A DNA stretch of 64,000 bases, from contig JAYPPP010000002.1 in the NCBI GenBank assembly GCA_038131525.1, positions 16,913-80,912 on the forward strand, written 5' to 3'. The notes below the pieces were generated by a model. That model saw nothing but the letters and a program-made list of their open reading frames with translations. It made no database searches and had not been told where the DNA came from. The position numbers and the translations under genes were made by a program. Below are positions 58,907-64,000 of the stretch, piece by piece; within the stretch, counting starts at the first letter, position 1, and each line of letters opens with the position of its first letter. This stretch comes from Gammaproteobacteria bacterium (GTDB taxonomy: Bacteria; Pseudomonadota; Gammaproteobacteria; Arenicellales; UBA868).

Positions 58907-59020
58907 GAACGGGGGGAGTTGGAACGCGTGACTAGCAATGAAGTCTACCGGCCCGAAGCCAACGCAGGATGAATTTTTTGAGGTGGCTTTGTTCACGCCG
59001 CAGATGAGAAAATTTAACTT

Positions 59021-59797
59021 ATGGCAACAGATTTTGAACCTTTTCTTAACGCCGCGCTTTGGTGCGCGGGCCTGGCTCTGGTGGCCTGGATGGTCAGCGT
59101 GGCACGCCGTGATGCAGGGATCGCTGACGTGTTCTGGCCCTGGTTTGCGGTGGGCAGCGCTGTTTTTTATTTACCGAGCACCGAAGCGGCTTCTCTGCTG
59201 GCGAGCACGGTGCTGATCGCGATTGTGATTTCTGCCTGTCGCCTCTCCGTAATGGTATGGCGGCGAACGGCCCGGGCAGGAGAGGACCGACGTTATTCGG
59301 AGATCCGCGCGCGCTGGGGCAAAGGGTTCGCGTTTAAAAGTCTTCCAGGAATTTTTATGCTTCAGGCTGCCATGGGCTTTTTGCTGGCCGTGCCCCTCGC
59401 TTATGTGATGACACGAGCCGATTCACTTTCAGGATGGGACCTAGGCTTCGGAGCATTGTGGCTGCTGGGGTTTTTGTTGCAGGTCAGTGCCGATTGGCAG
59501 CTTGCGCAATTCGCACGGCGTGATGATGGGTCGGGCGTCCTGAAGAGCGGCGTATGGCGCTACAGTCGCCACCCCAATTATTTTGGCGAGCTTTGCATGG
59601 CGTGGGCGATTTTCGGCTTCGCGGCCATAGGCGGAGGCGGTTGGACCGTATTCGCGCCGGTTCTGATCACTTGGTCAATTCTGCGATTTACAGGGATATC
59701 TCGAATGGAGGACGCAATCTCAGCTCGCCGACCGGGCTATGGCGCCTATGCCCGGCAGACGAGCCCCCTGATTCCCTGGCCGCCCCGAAAAACCTAG
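59021..59797 (+). CDS. DUF1295 (steroid 5-alpha-reductase-like) membrane protein
   Basis: IADVFW, EDRRY, ADWQL, GVWRYSRHPNYFGE, YARQTSPLIPWPP. Confidence 0.92.
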   Translation: MATDFEPFLNAALWCAGLALVAWMVSVARRDAGIADVFWPWFAVGSAVFYLPSTEAASLLASTVLIAIVISACRLSVMVWRRTARAGEDRRYSEIRARWGKGFAFKSLPGIFMLQAAMGFLLAVPLAYVMTRADSLSGWDLGFGALWLLGFLLQVSADWQLAQFARRDDGSGVLKSGVWRYSRHPNYFGELCMAWAIFGFAAIGGGGWTVFAPVLITWSILRFTGISRMEDAISARRPGYGAYARQTSPLIPWPPRKT

Positions 59798-59868
59798 ACT
59801 TTCGGGTTCACGTGGGAGTCACGGCATCCCTTCAAAATTACTGCATATCAGTGGATTAGGACGAACTA

Positions 59869-60576
59869 ATGGAACCGCAAAGCAAGGGCAGCGTGCTGCT
59901 GGTGGAAGATCATCAGGATATCGCTGAACTCGTATACGACTACATGGAAGGCGTCGGCTACGAGCTTGATTACGCGCCTGATGGAGAGGTCGGCATTAAT
60001 CTCGTGGCGCAGAACGAATACGACGCGATTATCCTGGATCTCATGCTGCCCCGGAAAGACGGTCTGTCGGTGTGTCGGGAGCTTCGGGAGAAAATGGGCA
60101 AGTCAACGCCGGTGTTGATGCTCACGGCCCGTGATACGTTGGAGGACAAGCTCAAGGGATTCGAGACTGGTGCCGATGATTATCTGGTGAAGCCTTTCGA
60201 GATTGAGGAGCTTGAGGCTCGCGTTAGGGTTCTGATTAAGCGAGGACACGCGGCGCCGTCGGTGACCGATGCATTGCGCGTCGGCAGTATCGAGTTTGAT
60301 CAGCAGTCCCTGGTCGTAACGCGGGATGGTCAAGAACTTGTGCTTTCTCCGATCGGTTACCGATTGCTCAAGATTCTAATGGAGCGTTCGCCGGCGGTAG
60401 TCTCCCGACAGGACATTGAGCGCGAGATCTGGGGCGACATGTTGCCGGACAGCGATACGCTGCGCAGTCACATGTACAACCTGCGTAAAGTGATCGACAA
60501 GCCGTTCTCAAAGTCCTACCTTCAGACCTTACCCGGTATCGGTTATCGGCTATGTGACCCGGATGGCGCCCATTAG
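59869..60576 (+). CDS. OmpR-family response regulator (ColR-like)
   Basis: LVED, ILDLMLPRKDG, GADDYLVKPF, IWGDMLPDSDTLRSHMYNLRK. Confidence 0.93.
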   Translation: MEPQSKGSVLLVEDHQDIAELVYDYMEGVGYELDYAPDGEVGINLVAQNEYDAIILDLMLPRKDGLSVCRELREKMGKSTPVLMLTARDTLEDKLKGFETGADDYLVKPFEIEELEARVRVLIKRGHAAPSVTDALRVGSIEFDQQSLVVTRDGQELVLSPIGYRLLKILMERSPAVVSRQDIEREIWGDMLPDSDTLRSHMYNLRKVIDKPFSKSYLQTLPGIGYRLCDPDGAH

Positions 60577-61842
60577 GGCGGGATGGTTCGGCGCTTCACG
60601 CGCGCCGTCACGTTTCAGCTGCTTCTCGTCGGTCTGGCCGCGGTCCTCGATTTGGGGCGCTGGCGCCATCATGAAGGAGATGCTGGTGCGCCAAGCGCTC
60701 TTGACTGAGGCGGAGTACTTCTGGGAACTGAGATCCGCCAACCCCGCTTTCCGGTACCGGATACGCGTAACTTGACCGGATACCTTTCAGACTCGCCCGA
60801 TCTTCCGCAGGATCTATACGCCTTACATCCCGGTTTCCACGAGCTCGATACGCCCGATCACTTTTCAGTCGCGCTGGTCTCCGAGCATGAGGGTGAGCGT
60901 CTGACGCTGGTATTTGAGGAGAACAGGTGCGATCGCTAGCGCTGTGGTTTGGACTGGTGCCGTTGGCGATCGTGCTGGTGGTGGTCTACGTTTCGCTTTA
61001 CTTAGATATCGCCTCTATCGGACCTCTGTCTCGCCGGTGGTTCGGTTGGCGCACAGGTGGAAACCCTTCAGCTTGAGTCCTCAAAGAATCCCGATTTTGA
61101 TGTGAGTGATCTCCGCAGGGCACCGACCGAGAGATCCAGGTTCTAAGCGATGCCTTGCGCCATCTTATTGAGCGTGTAAACGACTTTATTTCGCGTGAGC
61201 GGGAATTCACCCGAGATGCCAGTCACGAGCTGAGAAGCCCGCTTACGGTAGTGCGCGTGGCTTGTGATCTTGTGCTTAAAGAGCCACAGCTTGACGACCG
61301 AGTTCGCAAGTCCATCCTCAAAATTCAGCGCGCGTCGCTGCAGATGACGAACTTGATAGAAGCATTTTTGCTGCTGGCTCGCGAGCCGGAGCGCCATATC
61401 GAGTCTGGGGTGGTCTGCGTTAATGATCTCCTCATGGAGAAATTGACCGGGCCAGAATTTTAGTTGAAGGACGCTCCGTGGAAATCATTACCGACTTCGA
61501 GGATCGCATCCACGTTCGCGCACCCGAGCGTGTCGTGTCTGTGCTTCTGGAAACCTGCTACGCAATGCGTGCACCTATACCGACGAGGGGAGCGTAACCG
61601 TTTCAATATCGGAACAGCGCGTGACAATCCGGGATACGGGGATTGGAATGTCGGAGGATGATCAGCACGTGGCGTTTCACGCGTTCAGCCGAGGCAGTCA
61701 GGCGCGGCCTGGGGGCCATGGCGTGGGACTTAACATCGTCCGGAAACTGTCGAGCCGCTTCGGTGGCCCGTGACTCTCGAGTGTCGCAAACAAGGGCACA
61801 ACCGCAGTGGTTGAATTTCCAGATGCGGTTAATGACGGGTAG
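60563..61842 (+). CDS. Sensor histidine kinase (ColS-like, frameshifted)
   Basis: REREFTRDASHELRSPL; NLLRNA, DTGIG and GHGVGL in shifted frames. Confidence 0.88.
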
Positions 61843-61855
61843 AATTTCGGACATT

Positions 61856-62811
61856 GTGATCGATCCCGCCCCGATACTCCTTCAGTCCCAACCCGCTGGC
61901 AGACTTTCATTTTCTGGTTGCTGAACGACAGTCGGTATCTCGATAGAAAGCCTTTGCGCTCCCCAAGAGCGCTGGATCCTTGGCGGGTTATTCCGTTTTG
62001 GTGATCCATCTAGGATGTCTTGGTGTTATCTGGGTGGGGATCAGTTGGTTTGCAGTCGCGTTGGCCGTCGGTCTGTATCTGGCTGAATGTTTCTGATCAC
62101 CGCGTTCTACCATCGTTTTTGCGCATCGCGCGTTTGAGAGCAGTCGCGTCTTTCGTTTCATCGTGGCGCTGTTGGGCTGCACAGCCGGGCAGCGTGGACC
62201 GCTGTGGTGGGCGAGTCATCATCGCCAGCATCACATCCACTCCGATACGGAACTGGATCCACATTCGCCACAAAAAGATTCTTTCTGGTTCAGCCACGTT
62301 GTTTGGTTTCTCACCCGAGATGCGTTCAGCGTTCGCTGGGGGCATATCAAGGACCTCAAAAATTCAAGGAATTGGTCTGGCTCGAGCGTTTCGACTGGGT
62401 TCCTCTGGTAGCGCTCGCGGGCGGGTGCTTCTGGGTCGGCGATTGGGCGGCGCAAACATACCCGGCTGGGGAACAAGCGGTATGCAGGCATTGATTTGGG
62501 GGTTTTTTGTGTCCACCACATTTTTATATCACGCGACCTACACCATCAATTCGCTGGCGCATCGCTACGGCCGACGACGCTTTGACACAGCGGATCACAG
62601 CCGAAATAACTTTTTGCTCGCGCTGCTGACCCTTGGTGAGGGTTGGCACAATAATCACCACCGTTACCCCGGCGCCGCTCGGCAGGGCTTTTATTGGTGG
62701 GAGCTCGACCTGTCCTACCTGGGACTTCGGGTGTTAAAGCGACTGGGACTGGTCTGGAATCTGCGGCCGGTTCCAAATAAGATTCTCGAGGCCGGTCGGG
62801 CGCGCCATTGA
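61856..62811 (+). CDS. Acyl-CoA (delta-9-type) desaturase (frameshifted)
   Basis: FYHRF, GPLWWASHHRQHH...DPHSP, INSLAH, GEGWHNNHHRYP. Confidence 0.9.
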
Positions 62812-64000
62812 AGATTGCGGTTGTCGGGGCCGGGGTATCCGGCCTCGTGTGCGCGTTAGGGCTCGGCCGAGAGCATGACGTCGTGGTGTTTGAGGGCGCC
62901 GGGCGCTCCGGGGGGCATGCGCACACCGTCGTTGTCAACGAGCAGGGCAGGTCGGTTGCTATCGATGTCGGTTTTATCGTCTTTAACTTCGCCCATTATC
63001 CCCATCTGTCCTCTCTGTTCGATCGGCTTGGTGTTGTCTCGCAGCCGTCGGATATGAGTTTCAGCGTCCGATGCGACTGGACGCAGTTTGAATTCAGCGG
63101 CTCGAACCTCAATACGTTTTTTGCTCAGCGCGCAAACCTGCTCCGCATGGATGCATGGCGCCTCCTGTTTTCAATCCTCCGCTTCAATCGGATAGGTCAG
63201 AGGATGTTACAAAGCCCGATGAGTGATCAGATATCCGTTGATGAATTTACCCGCCAGATGGGCTTTGATGACGTGCTGGTTGATCGTTATCTACTGCCCC
63301 TCGGCGGAGCGCTGTGGTCGTGCTCTACAGACACCTTTCGCCAGTTTCCGATGAAGTTCTTTTTGGAGTTTTTGCAGAATCATCAGATGCTGCAGTTGGG
63401 GGACCGCCCGGTGTGGCGCACGGTAGTGGGCGGTTCTCAGGAATATGTGCAACGACTGACCGCGCTGCTGGGGAGTCGAATTCGCTTGGGCGAGGCCGTG
63501 AAGGCAGTGAGTCGGGCAGCCGATGGTGTTTACGTCCGTGTGGGGAATGGCTCGGTGGAACGCTTCGATGAGGTTGTCCTTGCTACACATGCCGATACCT
63601 CGTTGTCCTTGGTTTCAGGTGCTGATGAAGAGGAACAAGAGATGCTCGGCGCGTTCCCTTATCAGGATAATTCGGTGTGTCTTCATACGGATTCCCGCGT
63701 CCTGCCTAAGTCGCGCAGAGCCTGGGCGAGCTGGAATTATCGCGTGCGAGACACTTCATCGACGCATACTTGCGTGACCTACAACATGAACAAGTTACAG
63801 GCACTCGATTCAACCCAGACCTACTGCGTGTCGCTGAATCAGGATAACGATATAGACCCCGACAAAATCCTGCATTCTCAAGTTGTGCGCCATCCGCTTT
63901 TCACCCCGGGACGTGATGCGGTTCAGGCGAATCACGCGCGGCTGATTCGTCGGAGCAGGTTAAGTTACTGCGGCGCCTACTGGGGTTTTGGATTTCACGA
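62808..64000 (+). CDS. FAD-dependent oxidoreductase (COG2907 type), truncated by window end
   Basis: MKIAVVGAGVSGL, GGHAHTV, IDVGFIVFN, SDMSFSV, AWASWNY, TYNMNKLQ, YCGAYWGFGFH. Confidence 0.9.
   Translation, partial: MKIAVVGAGVSGLVCALGLGREHDVVVFEGAGRSGGHAHTVVVNEQGRSVAIDVGFIVFNFAHYPHLSSLFDRLGVVSQPSDMSFSVRCDWTQFEFSGSNLNTFFAQRANLLRMDAWRLLFSILRFNRIGQRMLQSPMSDQISVDEFTRQMGFDDVLVDRYLLPLGGALWSCSTDTFRQFPMKFFLEFLQNHQMLQLGDRPVWRTVVGGSQEYVQRLTALLGSRIRLGEAVKAVSRAADGVYVRVGNGSVERFDEVVLATHADTSLSLVSGADEEEQEMLGAFPYQDNSVCLHTDSRVLPKSRRAWASWNYRVRDTSSTHTCVTYNMNKLQALDSTQTYCVSLNQDNDIDPDKILHSQVVRHPLFTPGRDAVQANHARLIRRSRLSYCGAYWGFGFH

Overview
Chromosomal window from a moderately GC-rich bacterium, most likely a marine gammaproteobacterium with sulfur and C1 traits (inferred from gene content). 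I see no rRNA, tRNA, CRISPR array, phage gene or transposase. Frameshifts cluster at about 0-4 kb, 20-28 kb, 33-35 kb and 46.5-62.4 kb and hit housekeeping genes such as recB and recC, so they are most likely long-read indel errors; coordinates of affected genes are approximate. Order of content: tctCBA, a TPP enzyme, an ALDH1L1-like formyltransferase and aceK; a periplasmic DsrE protein with a TtrS/TtrR-like system; an amidase and small cupin/ABM/RidA genes; a subtilase-metzincin fusion; cytochrome b and cytochrome c' flanking a highly structured ~200-nt ncRNA candidate; a secreted 9-residue-repeat protein; phhB, a WYL regulator and recCBD; two glycosyltransferases; a TMADH-like flavoenzyme; a fused hydantoinase; gloB; a K+ channel followed by two tandem lipoproteins with constant N-termini and variable C-termini; an AlkB-like enzyme; an IMPDH/GMPR paralog with an unusual active-site loop; and a photolyase beside a DUF1295/two-component/desaturase/COG2907 lipid cluster. 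Best novelty candidates: (1) a possible formyl-CoA to 10-formyl-THF transfer route, (2) the orphan structured RNA at 16.8-17.0 kb, (3) the 9-aa repeat protein with a shared operator-like motif, (4) the polymorphic lipoprotein pair.
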